A DNA stretch of 63,979 nt, filler included, from Octopus bimaculoides (taxonomy: Eukaryota), in NCBI RefSeq assembly GCF_001194135.2. It is 5 parts of 4 records of this genome, joined end to end, with 100 filler letters (N's around TTAATTAATTAA, not from the genome) between each part and the next. Parts side by side here need not be neighbours in the genome. Positions count along the whole stretch, not along the records: positions 21,856 to 52,066 come from NC_069007.1; positions 52,167 to 57,289 come from NC_068982.1; positions 57,390 to 62,683 come from NC_068990.1; 2 more parts are not named here. One strand, written 5' to 3'. The notes below the pieces were generated by a model. The model made no database searches. It was not told where the DNA came from and saw only the letters and a program-made list of their open reading frames with translations. This document shows, piece after piece, positions 47,671-61,729 of the stretch; positions within the stretch are counted from its first letter, which is position 1, and the number at the start of each line of letters is the position of its first letter. The position numbers were made by a program, and so were the translations under genes.

Positions 47671-48102
47671 ACTCTAAGACTAATTAATAATAATAATAAC
47701 AACAACAACAACAACAATAATACCAACAACAACAAAGGAAATGTACCCACAAAACAGGATTGTCTAGTTTTCTTGCAAGAACAATAACTTTCAAATAACA
47801 GCTGAATTGGACTGTGATGACCTGTCCAACCCATATCAGTAAGAAAAGTAGTCATTAAATGACGGTGATAGCTTCATCTTGATTGTTATAGTCACAATAT
47901 TTTGGCTGCTGACCCTTCTGGTCTTCTTTAGATGCTTGTCATATCCATTGATATGATAGGATTTCAAATTGAACTCTTGATTAAATGCATGGTGTTAGTT
48001 TGTTTGCATTCTTTTGTTCATAACAGGGACGTTTTTCCTTATAACTTACCCTTTTGTGATGCTGCATGCTCATTCTCGTTGAACCACTGCTCCCGAACCC
48101 CA

Positions 48103-48152
<50 letters not shown>

Positions 48153-48244
48153 CAGTGCTCCTCACTGGAGATGCTCCAGCATGGTCATGGCCATTTGGCT
48201 GAAGTATATAAAAGAATATGTCTCTAAATGTAATCTATCTATCT

Positions 48245-48495
48245 ATCTGGTACTCTGTCGGTTACAACGATGAGGGTTCCAGTTGATCTGATCAACGGAA
48301 CAGCTTGCTCGTGAAATTAACACGCAAGTGCTGGCCCTTTGAAATACAGGCACTACTTATTTTAGCCAGCTGAGTGAACTGGAGCAACGTGAAGTAAAGT
48401 GTCTTGCTTAAGGACACAATGCTTTGCTGGGAATTGAACTCATGACCTTACGATTGTGAGCTGATTATCCTAATTACTAAGCCATGCACCTTCAC
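48245..48495 (-). mobile_element. SINE family D
   Basis: Homologous to 29600-29935. Confidence 0.8.
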
Positions 48496-48599
48496 ATATT
48501 TATCTGTCTATCTATCCATCTATATATATATATAANNNNNNNNNNCGATATATATATATATATATTATGTGTGTGTGTATATATATATGTATATATACT

Positions 48600-48702
48600 T
48601 TATTAATAAAGCTGCAAAGACATCACAGAATCTGTTACACAGAGTTTCACATGCCCGTTTGTAGGACAGTTTTTGTGATGTCTTTGCAGCTTTGTTAATA
48701 AA
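48600..48702. repeat. Inverted repeat with arms of about 36 bp
   Basis: AAAGCTGCAAAGACATCACA/TGTGATGTCTTTGCAGCTTT. Confidence 0.88.
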
Positions 48703-48772
48703 GCATATTACTCTACCTCTGGTAGTCAAGTACTATTTTTTCCACCTTGTTTCACATTTATGTGCTTACTCT

Positions 48773-48809
<37 letters not shown>

Positions 48810-49154
48810 NNNNNNNNNNNNNNNNNNNNNNNNNNNNNNNNNNNNNNNNNNNNNNNNNNNNNNNNNNNNNNNNNNNNNNNNNNNNNNNNNNNNNNNNNNN
48901 NNNNNNNNNNNNNNNNNNNNNNNNNNNNNNNNNNNNNNNNNNNNNNNNNNNNNNNNNNNNNNNNNNNNNNNNNNNNNNNNNNNNNNNNNNNNNNNNNNNN
49001 NNNNNNNNNNNNNNNNNNNNNNNNNNNNNNNNNNNNNNNNNNNNNNNNNNNNNNNNNNNNNNNNNNNNNNNNNNNNNNNNNNNNNNNNNNNNNNNNNNNN
49101 NNNNNNNNNNNNNNNNNNNNNNNNNNNNNNNNNNNNNNNNNNNNNNNNNNNNNN

Positions 49155-49480
49155 ATGCCCTTCCTAACACCAACCACTCTGAGAGTGTAGTGGGTGCTTT
49201 TACATGCCACCGGCACGAGGGCCAGTCAGGCGGGTACTGGCGACGGCCATGCTCAAAATGGTGTATTTTATGTGCCACCTGCACAGGAGCCAGTCCATCG
49301 GCACTGGCAACGATCTCGCTCGAATGTCTTTTCACATGCCATTGGCACACGTGCCAAGAAGGCAACGTTGGTAACGATCAACGGCCACGCTCGAAATGGT
49401 GTATTTTACGTGTCACCTGCACAGGAGCTAGTCCATCAGCACTGGCCACGATCTTGCTCGAATGTCTTTCACGTGCCATC
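49155..49480 (-). mobile_element. RTE-type 3' UTR with internal tandem sub-repeat
   Basis: Reverse complement of 37415-37800. The GCTC.AAATGGTGTATTTTA block is duplicated. Confidence 0.75.
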
Positions 49481-49874
49481 AAAATGTTTTTAGATTCATA
49501 CAATTAGCTGTAGCTTAGAAACGATGTGAATTATTGAAAAAATTATTTTACTTCCTAGTTAATCAGTTCATTTCATAAAAAACTCCATAATATAAAACAT
49601 TTAAACGTATTTATTTAGATAACTCTTGCACATATGTTTCCATAATAGCTATTTGAAAGATATTTGAAATATAAATATTTACAAATAAATATCTTATCAT
49701 TTTCTGAGCAATTGAAATCTAAATGTTTAAAATGAAGAAAAATATAGCATTCAATGTTACAATGTGAAGAATATAAACTATATGGCTGATGTAAAAGAAC
49801 AAGTAGATAGAATGGAAAAAGGATAATAATAGCCAAAACAAAATATCAAAGAAAGAGGGAGAATTAATGTACAC

Positions 49875-50235
49875 ACGTGGATGCAGGGTAAGAAGCTTGC
49901 TTCTCAACCACATGACTATACTCTAGGTTCAGTCCCACTGTGTGGCACCTTGGGCTGACCAAAGCCTTATGAATGGATTTGGTTGAAGAAAATTAAAAGC
50001 CCATCATCTGTGTGTGTGTGTGTCTGTCCCTCACCACTGCTTGTGTTGGTTTGTTTACATCCCCATTACACAGCAGTTCAGCTAAATGAGACTGATATAA
50101 TAGACCGATAGATAGTACCAGGCTTCAAACAAAAAGGTAAAAGAAGTACTGAGGTCGATCCATTCAACTAAGAATTCTTCGAGACAACGCTCCAGAATGG
50201 CCGCACTCTAATGTCTGAAGCAGATAAAAGATATA
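49875..50235 (+). mobile_element. SINE family B
   Basis: Consensus match. Confidence 0.75.
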
Positions 50236-50679
50236 CTTACACATACATACACACACATTTATATATTTATAAATAATCATTTTATGTTTACTTTTCATGC
50301 TAGCATTGGTTGGTTGTTCTGACAGGATCCAATTGGTCAGGAATCAGAGAATCGCATCTTGTTCCAGTGTCAAAGTGTTGGCCTGGTTTCTATAGCTGGA
50401 TGCCAACCACTTTTCAGTATGTACTAGGTACTTTTCGTGGTACCAGTTCTAGTGAGGTCACTTTGTAACTCGCTAGCAGTCCTCACTTCCTCAGCTGAAC
50501 CTTCAAACACTTAAAACTTGTTGCTTAGCATTCTTGTTCACTCTTCCATTCTCTGTTGTGTTTGGTTGGTCATGCATGAGACACCTGAAGACGCCAGAGG
50601 AAACAATGGCTGGAACAGTGTTTAACATTGAATCTACAACAACCAAACCAAAAATGACTGGTGTATTTTTTATCTTTCA

Positions 50680-50891
50680 TCTTTTACTTGTTTCAATCAT
50701 TAGACTGCAGCCGTACTGGGGGACCACCTTGAAGAATTTTAGTTGAACAAATCCACCCCAATAGCTTGTTTCTTTAAAGCCTGGTACTTATTCTGTCAGT
50801 CTCTTTTTGCCGAACCACTAGGTTACAGGGACATAAACACACCAATACTGGTTGTCAAGCGGTGAGGCAGGGGGACTAACACAGACACATA

Positions 50892-50926
<35 letters not shown>

Positions 50927-50985
50927 AGCTTCTTTCAGTTTCCATCTACCAAATTCACTCACAAGGCTGTGGTTGGACCAGTGTA
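50680..50985 (-). mobile_element. SINE family B
   Basis: Reverse-complement consensus match. Confidence 0.78.
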
Positions 50986-51629
50986 ATAATATTTTAAAAT
51001 GTTCATACTTAAATTTAAATCTACCTTCAAGTTATGTTCAGAACAGAGGGTCGTTATTTATTATTGTTTGTGTTATCCTCAGATGAGTCCTTCAGTGGTG
51101 TCTCCTAGCCATCTCAGCCCTCCATAAGTATTTTAAGGGTTTTCAACTGAATGTTTATTTCCATTGTTAAGCTTTTGCTGTTTTTGGTATAAGCATTTAT
51201 CTGCCCTTTGCTTTGAGACCTTCAAATGACATGTTGCACAGACCCAGGGGTAAGAATTGCTCATGGTTTTTGTTCAGAGTGACCCTCTCATACAGAGGCT
51301 GCCATTCATGAATAAGACTTGTCTACCCTTCCTATTTGTCCATATTTTCAAAATTAATTGAACCACTGGGACAGTATATTTCATTTGAAATGTTGCCATC
51401 TTAAGTTTAACCTCTCCACTCTCGAAACAAAATTCCTGTGAAACTAAATCAGTTAAGGGAGTGATATTATAAAACACCCCAGCACACATAACGGAACTGA
51501 ACACCCGTAAGACCACACATCCTAGCAACAAGCGAGCTTTAATCTCCCTTGCCGTACTTTGTCATTGATTGCTTAAAAAGAAACCTCAATGTCAAAGATG
51601 AGAAAATTTCAAGTCTGACATTAATAATG

Positions 51630-51677
<48 letters not shown>

Positions 51678-52010
51678 GCAACGACAATAACGATAAACAT
51701 CATCATCAACAACAACAACAACAATAGTAATAAACAAACATAACAGCTAATTGTACATCGGTGAATAAAGACATCTGATTAAACAACAATAAGAATTCCC
51801 ACTTAACAACATTCAACCAGACAATGACAATAAAACTAGGCAAGTCTGGAGGCATCAACAAGTTTCGTTGAAGTTTGTTGTTGAAAATCGAAAACAAAAA
51901 TATTGAAGAGAAATAATGAAATACAGGAGAGAAAATTAATTTTGATTATGAAAAGCTATAATTGAATTAAACGGGTGTTATATATACATGTATGTGTATG
52001 TGACTGTATA

Positions 52011-52065
<55 letters not shown>

Positions 52066-52166
52066 GNNNNNNNNNNNNNNNNNNNNNNNNNNNNNNNNNN
52101 NNNNNNNNNNTTAATTAATTAANNNNNNNNNNNNNNNNNNNNNNNNNNNNNNNNNNNNNNNNNNNN

Positions 52167-52207
<41 letters not shown>

Positions 52208-52675
52208 CTCAAACATCCCATCTTAGTAAGGTGCTCCTACTAATAAGGAATATATATATATATATAGAACATGCATTACGTATAAACATATATAGTTATA
52301 TATAAGTATATGCATGTGTTTGTATATAGCTTGGTAGCCAGCTAGCAAGCTTGAAAACTAGATAGATAGATAGATAGATAGATAGATTTGTGTCAAGACA
52401 CATCCTTCTATTTTTAGTTTCTTCTTTCTATTTCTCCAGCTTGTCGCGATCTGGTCTACATAAATTATAATCACGTGTACCCACACACGTACTCATAAAG
52501 TTACCACTTGCACGTTTATATTCACACATCAGGTATATTGACCCACACACACACATACACACACACGCGCGCGCACACACGCACACATACGCACACACAA
52601 ATGCATACACACATATCTACATACACACCCGCTCATACAGATATATATATACTTCCATGTTGAAATGAAAGTAAG

Positions 52676-52717
<42 letters not shown>

Positions 52718-53076
52718 CATGCATATATGTATTGTATATGCACATGTATATACGTATGTATGTATGTATGTATGTGTGTATATATGTATGTAAGTGTGTG
52801 TATGTATGGATGGATGTGCACAAATATAGAAACAGAGATAAAGATAGAAGCTAGATGAATGCAATATTCCGAGACAGTCTATTAATACTTCTTGGGCTAC
52901 TGAAGCAACACATATTTAACAATTTCGTCAGCAACGTTTGAAGCTGAAAATAACCGTATATACATAAATGCACACATACATATACACACACATGCATACA
53001 TACGCATACACACACACACACACGTACATACATTTATAGATAGATAGATAGATAAATAGATACATACATACATACA

Positions 53077-53108
<32 letters not shown>

Positions 53109-53250
53109 GATATAGAGATAGACATAGATACAGCTATAGACATATACATACATATATAAATAAATACATATATTTAGAAATGCATATGTGTGCGCGGGTG
53201 GTGTCTGTGTGCTTGGGTGTGTGTATACTGCATGTGTGTGTTTGTGGGTG

Positions 53251-53314
<64 letters not shown>

Positions 53315-53469
53315 TTATAAGTCCAACATACATCGACAGATGCAATACTTGGATACATCGTCAGTATTGTACCCTTGGGTTTTGCAATATATGTTTTTGG
53401 GTCTTGCAACATATGTCCCCGTCCAGACAGCCCGACTAAGACTGATGAAGCTTAAGTTTTTGTCCAAGC

Positions 53470-53810
53470 AGCATTATGCTGACTCTACCAATCCACCTCT
53501 TTTCAGCCAGAGCCATGTAAATGTTTCCTCAACAGTCTCTATGTTCTTCTTGATATTTCTTATTCTGGACATTCCTGTAATGCACAGAGTTCCGTTGGCC
53601 TTATTCAGCCTGTGAACACCCTATTGTCAATTTCCACCAACAAACACATCATTCTCCCCTCACTCTAGCAGTATTCCTCCGCCAACTTCTGGTATTTATC
53701 TCTCTTCCTCTTTTTCGTCAACTCCTCTCCTCCCAGATACAGTTAAGTCTAGTAGGATTTACTGCCTTGTTTTCTGGAAAACCAAGATGGCAGCTAGTCT
53801 CGACAAGGTT
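53470..53810 (-). mobile_element. HERO-like RLE LINE C-terminal remnant
   Basis: Frameshifted ILLDLTV..DKYQKLAEEYC..LVEIDNRVFTG..ITGMSRIRNIKK..TWLWLKR. Confidence 0.6.
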
Positions 53811-54144
53811 CGGCTGGTATGTACTGGAAATTTTAGCTGTTTCTGCAGAATAGATTCCATCACCCGGTTTTGTATGTGGAAACCGACATCATGTAAGCAC
53901 TATGTATATATAGTTATCGATGCACCGAATACCTCACAAATTCCCATAGAAAGTTGGGGCTCAATTTTCTGCTACGTTAAACCCTCATGCCAGTATAATG
54001 CTGTCAATGAAGCATCAATATGAATTAGGAATATTATGTGATACCAGAAACACATGTAGCTTAACAAAAAAGAAGAAAAATAAATCATTTCAGATACTCC
54101 AGTACGTGAGTTTCAATAATCGTGTATAAGTGTTTGTATGTATA

Positions 54145-54204
<60 letters not shown>

Positions 54205-54205
54205 A

Positions 54206-54242
<37 letters not shown>

Positions 54243-54389
54243 CCTATGTTCTCCAGTACGTGAGTTTCAGTAATCGTGTATAATGTATGTATGTATGTAT
54301 GTACAAAACCACCACAAATAACACACCAAAGGATGGCCACTATTACCGCAAAGCCAACAGTCACACTAATTCTTTTAATAAATATTAGT

Positions 54390-55860
54390 GGTCTTTTACA
54401 AAACAACAGCAATCAAAAAAATTGCATGCCTGAGGGATCTTTCTGCATGCAATCAAGCGATATCCATTGCATTTACAGGGGCACATTTCTTTACAGATAT
54501 GAATGACGCAGAGACACACATACCAATGTATGCTATTTTCCGTGCAGACAGAAGGGAAAGAAGTCACGATTGAGTTGCATTGTACATCCCTGAAGATGTC
54601 ACACCACTAACCCTGTTGTCACACTCAAACTTGGTCTGTGACGTACTCATAGTGCATTTAAAGCAACTTGATGGGGTAATATGCACACAGTATCGCCCGC
54701 CTGATGCCTCAAATCATGATGGTAAATTTGAGGAAAGTCTTTCAATGATAAAAGAAGTACTAACAAAACTGGATCAAAGTGTAAATATACTTATGATGAG
54801 TGACTTCAACTTCCCCAACATCAAATGGTTTGAAGGCCACATAATCTCAAGAATGACATGCAAAGAACGTAACCAAGTAGAATCTCTATTTGACCTCACA
54901 AAAATGCTGTTCATGGAGCAAACAATACTCTCCCCAACCTGGAATGATAACATATTAGACCTCTGTTTCACCAGCAACATAGGTCTTATCCACAACGTGA
55001 AGATAACACTGACAATCGTCTCAGACCACAACATGACGATGTATGGTCCAAAACCAATTAATGATGTTTTCCATACAGATGGCAGTCAAACTCTGTCTAG
55101 TCTGAACTTTACAAGGCTGACTGTAAGTCAATTGAAAAACGGATTATCCAATAAAATTGGCCTAAAAATCTCTCTATGCAAGACATTGATATGAAACTTA
55201 AAGAATTCATGACAATAATGCGAGCCATATGCATTAAATTTCTCCCAGAGAAGAGAGCAACCACATACAAAAGCATCATTTCTCAAGACAGGTAAGTTCT
55301 TATGAGACAGAGAATAAAGCTCTCCAATCGTTTAAACAACTTATTGACAACGAGAAATCCCTCCTAATAGAGAGACTTTTAGATATCGAAAATAAACTCA
55401 GACTCTCTCATGAAAAGGAAAGCGTAGAAAGAGAAATCAGGGCGGTGGAAAATACAAAAATAAATCCTAAAGCCTTCAACAAGTTCGCGAAAGTGTCTGG
55501 AGAGAAGACCAGAAAGATATGCAGTAAATACATATGGAAGATCCTGGAAGGTCCAGCTACCAGCTTTGGAATTAAAAGCTATACCAACCACCGAACTGAA
55601 CGGCACGGATTAATACCAAGGATACTGTCTTCTTCATCTCAGATAAGGACCTAAAATTGCAACAGCTTGGTTTTCATGGGACCACAACTGTTTAACATCT
55701 TGCCAAGGAACCTAAGAGATCTGCAAGGTGTAGATGTAGAAACGTTCGAAAAGCACCTGGACAAATTTCTACCTGAAATCCCAGATGAGCCCACATCACA
55801 GCAGGGAGGCACAAAGAAGAGCAACTTCGTCGAACTCACTTTTTCAACAAAAGCAGTACG
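54390..55860 (+). mobile_element. CR1-group LINE with endonuclease and C-terminus but no RT domain
   Basis: IFRADRRER, QYRPP, SDFNFPNIKW, NILDLCFT and SDHN are followed after about 55495 directly by LERRPERYA/YIWKILEG..GPQLFNILP..LDKFL..IPDEP. Confidence 0.82.
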
Positions 55861-55947
55861 GAAAGGAGACCCCAAAACACTGAAAGGCGTTGCTCCAGCA
55901 GAGCCCTAGCCTCTGACTTGAAGCCAGTAAAAGAATAAAAGAATATA

Positions 55948-57195
55948 TACACAGACATGAAAGAAGTAAATAGACAACTTTATAATCATTAAAATTTATT
56001 ATAATCTGAAATTATACATTCAAATTATTTATTAATTATTATAAAGTGAATATCTAATCTTTAGTAGAAATTCCGTTTGCGTTTTTCAATGCAAGGTTCC
56101 TATAAGGCATGCTACTGATCAGATGAGGAATATTCTCTTGTGAAATTTCTTGACAGGTTTCATGCAGTAATCTCAGAAGATCTGGCTTTGAGGATGCTTT
56201 CTTCTTTTTACGAAGTGTCCTGTCCATTATGCCCCAGAGGTGTTTAATAGGGTTCATATCTGGTGACTGGCTTGCCTATGGAAGTTTTTTAATGCCATAC
56301 TTTTCCAAGCAATCTTGGGTCTTTTTAGCCGTGTGACAAAGAGCCCCATCTTCCATAAATAGTTTTATTTAATCATTCCACCATTGGACAAGATTGGAAG
56401 AAGTCCTTTCTGTAATATGGACACATATTTATCTGAGTTTATGTTTCTGTCACACTCCATCAGCTCTGATTGACCATTGCTCCAAATTGCACCCTAGACC
56501 GTCACAGAACAGCTGTCTTGTTTCATTGTTGGCAACAATCGTTTCATGTCAAATTCTTGATCACAATCTCCAGACCCACACTCGACCATTGTCAGAAATT
56601 ACAGCAAATCTGGAATCATCAGAGAATATGATAGTGTCCCAAAATGCTAGCGGCCACTTCATCACCTCACTGGCTTAATCTTTTCTCCACTTGATATTGG
56701 CTGGTTAAAGAAGTGGCTTCTTTCTTGCTGCTCTGCCATAGTAGCCAAGTTTGTAGAGACACCTGACAGCTGTTCTGGGACTGATATCAACTTGTTCTGC
56801 AATGTCAGATGCCTTGCAATGAGGATTACTCTCCACACTTCACTTAACAAAGCAAAGCGTCCTGTCAGCGGGCCCTGGTCGACCTGGGCAAGGTGATGTG
56901 GATTTCTTCCCCTCTCTGATGAATTGCACAATCACCCTGTTAACTGTAGAAAGCGGGATCCCAAGGTTTTTTGCGATTTTACGCTAACACCATCTTCAGA
57001 TTGACCCACACACAATACGGCCCCTTTGAAATTTGGACAGTTCCAAGGCTTCTTTTGTACGTGGCATGATTAAACAGTCACATATAAAACCTGATACATA
57101 AAAATGTCCATTTGTAAAAAATATCAACTTTTTCAAGTTAAAATAAACATAAACAATGTTTTATGGAGTGTCTATTTAATTCTGTCCTATCTGTA
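55948..57195 (-). mobile_element. Degenerate Tc1-family DNA transposon
   Basis: [52 protein letters not shown]. Imperfect TIRs of about 27 bp ending TAAATAGACA at about 55948-55976 and 57169-57195. Confidence 0.85.
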
Positions 57196-57238
57196 TATGT
57201 GCGTGTGTGTATGCATGCATGTATGTAGACAGATAGAC

Positions 57239-57289
<51 letters not shown>

Positions 57290-58029
57290 NNNNNNNNNNN
57301 NNNNNNNNNNNNNNNNNNNNNNNNNNNNNNNNNTTAATTAATTAANNNNNNNNNNNNNNNNNNNNNNNNNNNNNNNNNNNNNNNNNNNNAAAAAAAAAAA
57401 AAAAAAAAAAAAAAAGCACTGTGTATTTATGTATGTCAGACATAATTAATACACATTCATACACAGTTTGTTGATGAAAGCGTGTGGTACAAATTCTTTG
57501 GATCGATTTGACGCAAATAACCGGAAATAGTACTCAAAACACAGTTCATTCCTTATTCTGACTTGAAATTAGAATTACCAAAGTTAGTGAAGTATATTAT
57601 ACAGGAGATGGTTTATGCCAGAGCTTTGTTAGATCGAAATATGTCAAAAATTCACACAACGAGCTTGTTAGAGACGTAACCTACCTAACAAAATCCAACA
57701 CAACAAAATTCGTTAATCTGCTACCGCTGTTGTTCTGGTTGCCTGTGTTGAAGGTGGTGGTAGTGGTGGTAGTGTCATTTAACTCAAATCAGCGTTGATT
57801 GAGTAGATCGATAAGTAATGGATTTTCAGTAATGACCCATTTTGTCTTGTCTTTTCAGGCATATCGTATTTACAGCTATATTACATAATGTGTTCTTTTT
57901 TCTTTGGACGGCAGGATGCATTTTTATTCCAGATCGTCTGTCAGTGTAAAAGTTTTCTGATTGGTTAATTGCTGCTTCAACTATTACCAAGTAACGTAGC
58001 ACATATACTATAATAAAACATTTTTGTGA

Positions 58030-58432
58030 GACTAAACATTTTATAACTTGTATTTACTTCTATCGGCTGGATAAAACAGGTTCCAGTGCCATATAGAGGC
58101 AAGAAGCTCAAGAAAGTAAGATAGATTCCTAAAATTTAAATCAATTATCACATTAATGTGAGGATCTATTGCATACAAACTACCCTTATTTAATTATCTC
58201 TGGCTTGAGAAAAATCGAAAAAAAAAGGGATAAGACTAAACCTTTTTATAATCTGTATTTACTTCTAACGGCTGGGTAAAACAGGTACCAGGACCATATG
58301 GAGACCAGAAGCTCAAGAAACAAAGATCGGTTCCTAAAATTTAACTCAATTGTCATATTAATCTGAAGATTTATAACACACTAAGTATCCTTATTTAATT
58401 CCATCTGGCCTGAGAAAAATCGAATAAAGGAT
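58030..58432. repeat. Diverged tandem duplication, period about 204 bp
   Basis: GACTAAAC..TGTATTTACTTCTA.CGGCTGG.TAAAACAGGT..AGAAGCTCAAGAAA..TGAGAAAAATCGAA occurs twice. Confidence 0.9.
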
Positions 58433-59067
58433 ATAGCATTGTGGCTACGATGTCACTTTACAACAAACGTTATTTAACGTATTCGTTATTTTTCTTTTGA
58501 TGCAGCTTGTAGCATCAACATTTTGAGCTGTCATCACAAAGAATATATTTCTCCAAACGATGCAATCTGTTTCCTCTTTTGTCAAGAAGATAATGATCTA
58601 TTTCTTAATTTATTGCAGTAAATGACATGCATTTTAAATGTTATTTTGCCACCTATGCAAAACATTACGTTTTTCTGCATTTTATGTTTCTTAAGAGTAC
58701 ATCTAGCCTCATTATTTCTACACGCAACGAAGAGAAGAATCTGTTGTTTTTACGTCTTTTCATATATTTTGATCGATTTTAATTTATTTTCCTTAATTTT
58801 TTTTTTTTTTCGATTTTCACATAATATNNNNNNNNNNAGGACGTACGAAAAAGCTATAGCTGACATCTTAATAAACTTGCCAACAATATTCTACATAACG
58901 TGAGAAAATATTTGAGAAATGTGGAGAAGAACGCAAGTAGAAAGATAATAGAATATAGATACACATACTGCAAACGATAGAATGAGCTTGTAACTAACGG
59001 CAAGAGTATGAATGAAAATGTGTAAATGAGGATGAAAAATGTAAATAAGGGTATGCGCGCGCATATA

Positions 59068-59136
<69 letters not shown>

Positions 59137-59523
59137 NNNNNNNNNNNNNNNNNNNNNNNNNNNNNNNNNNNNNNNNNNNNNNNNNNNNNNNNNNNNNNNN
59201 NNNNNNNNNNNNNNNNNNNNNNNNNNNNNNNNNNNNNNNNNNNNNNNNNNNNNNNNNNNNNNNNNNNNNNNNNNNNNNNNNNNNNNNNNNNNNNNNNNNN
59301 NNNNNNNNNNNNNNNNNNNNNNNNNNNNNNNNNNNNNNNNNNNNNNNNNNNNNNNNNNNNNNNNNNNNNNNNNNNNNNNNNNNNNNNNNNNNNNNNNNNN
59401 NNNNNNNNNNNNNNNNNNNNNNNNNNNNNNNNNNNNNNNNNNNNNNNNNNNNNNNNNNNNNNNNNNNNNNNNNNNNNNNNNNNNNNNNNNNNNNNNNNNN
59501 NNNNNNNNNNNNNNNNNNNNNNN

Positions 59524-59703
59524 GGCGGTGGCGGTGGTATTGGTGGTGGTGGTGGTGGTGGTATCGGTGGCACTAAATTTGGGATCTGTTATGCTGTCTT
59601 GTGGTTCTCTAGAGAGAACCCATCCCTACACAGCTGCCGCCATGTGACACGGTCAGAAGTAAAAATCACATCAATTGTCAGGCCTCACCTTGCTCATCCT
59701 TAA
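59524..59703 (+). CDS. Possible terminal coding exon fragment (5' end lost in gap)
   Basis: GC-rich (GGT)n tract with open frames ending ..GSLERTHPYTAAAM* (59647) or poly-Gly..HLAHP* (59703), followed by a long transposon-free AT-rich region. No acceptor is visible. Confidence 0.3.
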   Translation, partial: GGGGGIGGGGGGGIGGTKFGICYAVLWFSRENPSLHSCRHVTRSEVKITSIVRPHLAHP

Positions 59704-60487
59704 AACATCCTCATTTGGATATCACTTGCGTTATTTCTCACTTCGTTTGCACATTACTATGAAGGGCATCCAATATATTGTAGGATTCTAATCGCCCGTC
59801 CAGTCACAACAGCTGGCGCTGCATGGTCGTCCCCACACAATTTTGCTGTTGATATTTACAAGAATTGAACTGCCTCATTTACATGCATACACGGCACAGC
59901 ACGCATATACACAGGTATATGTACATAGTAGTACTTATATCATATAATAAGGTCGTATCATTTATGACAGAAACAAGTTGAAAACATATAATGAAACGTA
60001 CCGTTTTCCATTCTTTAAGGAACATCTCAAAATAAACAAAGCATAAATGACAGAATAGAGAGGAGAATAAAAATACGGAAGCAGAAACATTTTATAGTGA
60101 AAATATTTATTATAGCAGATATCATAATGATATACGATAGAAGAGAACTGGTCTTATTGTCAAAAATACGCATAGAATGAATAACGCTATCGAATTCGTC
60201 GGAGTATTCAGAATACTGAATTATCAACACTGAAGAGCTGGTTTAGTTTATGATATCTCGGAAAAGATCATAGATATAGATTTTTATGTACATACATATA
60301 TAATACATATATTATGCATGTATGTACATAAATATCTATATCTATATGTACATATGAATATATATGTATACATATATACATTCATACATATAAATATATA
60401 TATGTACATACATATATGTATATATATGCACACACATATATACTCAAAGATATACATATACATACATATACATATATTTATACATAC

Positions 60488-60635
<148 letters not shown>

Positions 60636-61682
60636 ATCTGACAGAGATGCATCATAAAACACAGTATCAACAAGGTTTAATTTTCAGTTTCTCTTATTAC
60701 TAATCGAAACAAAAGTACAACAAAAATAGAGATTTGGATTCATTTTTCATTTTAACATTTAATCAATACACATTGAATCACGATTTTTATAATCCTATTT
60801 TCATTTTCACAAAATTAGCATCTTTCCGAAAAGAATACTCTGACTATCTTTTTATTCCCATTTTTATCAATTTATATTGTAATATTTACAAAACGAAAAA
60901 CAAAAAGATATTTCCTTTTACTTAATGTTAAATTTTGAATAATTTCCATTTTAAAATGTCCTTTATAGTTCAAATATTGCTTAAAAGTATAATGAGTTTT
61001 TGCTGGGTTTCTATGTAGGGTCTTTCATTTCATTCTTATTTTAACCTCGATTTCATTGTGTAATTATCATTTGACAGAAGTATGCGTTGAATTTTTCCTT
61101 TGATTGACATTAAAACTTGCAGAGAATATCGACTAACAGCGATCTATAAAAGACAGAATGTTTGGTCACAGAAGTTTAATAAATTAACTTTCCATTTATT
61201 CGTTTCTTTATTGTGAGTTTTAATTTCTACTTTTTTCTCATCTCTTCCATCAACATTGTATAAAAGCTGAAATTTCTTCTCTAGCAATCGTAAAAACCAG
61301 CCTGATAATTTTTACAGAGATTATTTGCATTTAAAGCAGCAATAATATTTTTATTTTTTATATAGAATTCCTATGATTTGCACGAACTATAATTCTATGC
61401 TTCCATTTATGTTATTCTTCCTATTCGGTTTCCGATTCTGTAAAGATGGTGTTAATTAGTCCGAGGAAATTCTGAATGTAATCTTCCACACTATTTTTTT
61501 ACATTGAGTATTATTTTAGACATTAATCATATCAGCTTTGAATTTCATTCTGGTTCTCTTATTTATTAATTCTTTAAATGCTGTTTCTTCAATGTATCTA
61601 TTTATTTCTCTATTCATATATCTCTAATGTATCTCATATTCTTTTAGCCAAATATGCACGCACACGTCTATCTATCTCTCTC

Positions 61683-61729
<47 letters not shown>

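Noticed and set aside
51090-51900. Weak R4/Dong-like translations around an (AAT)n tract
   Set aside because: Too degenerate to assign by eye.
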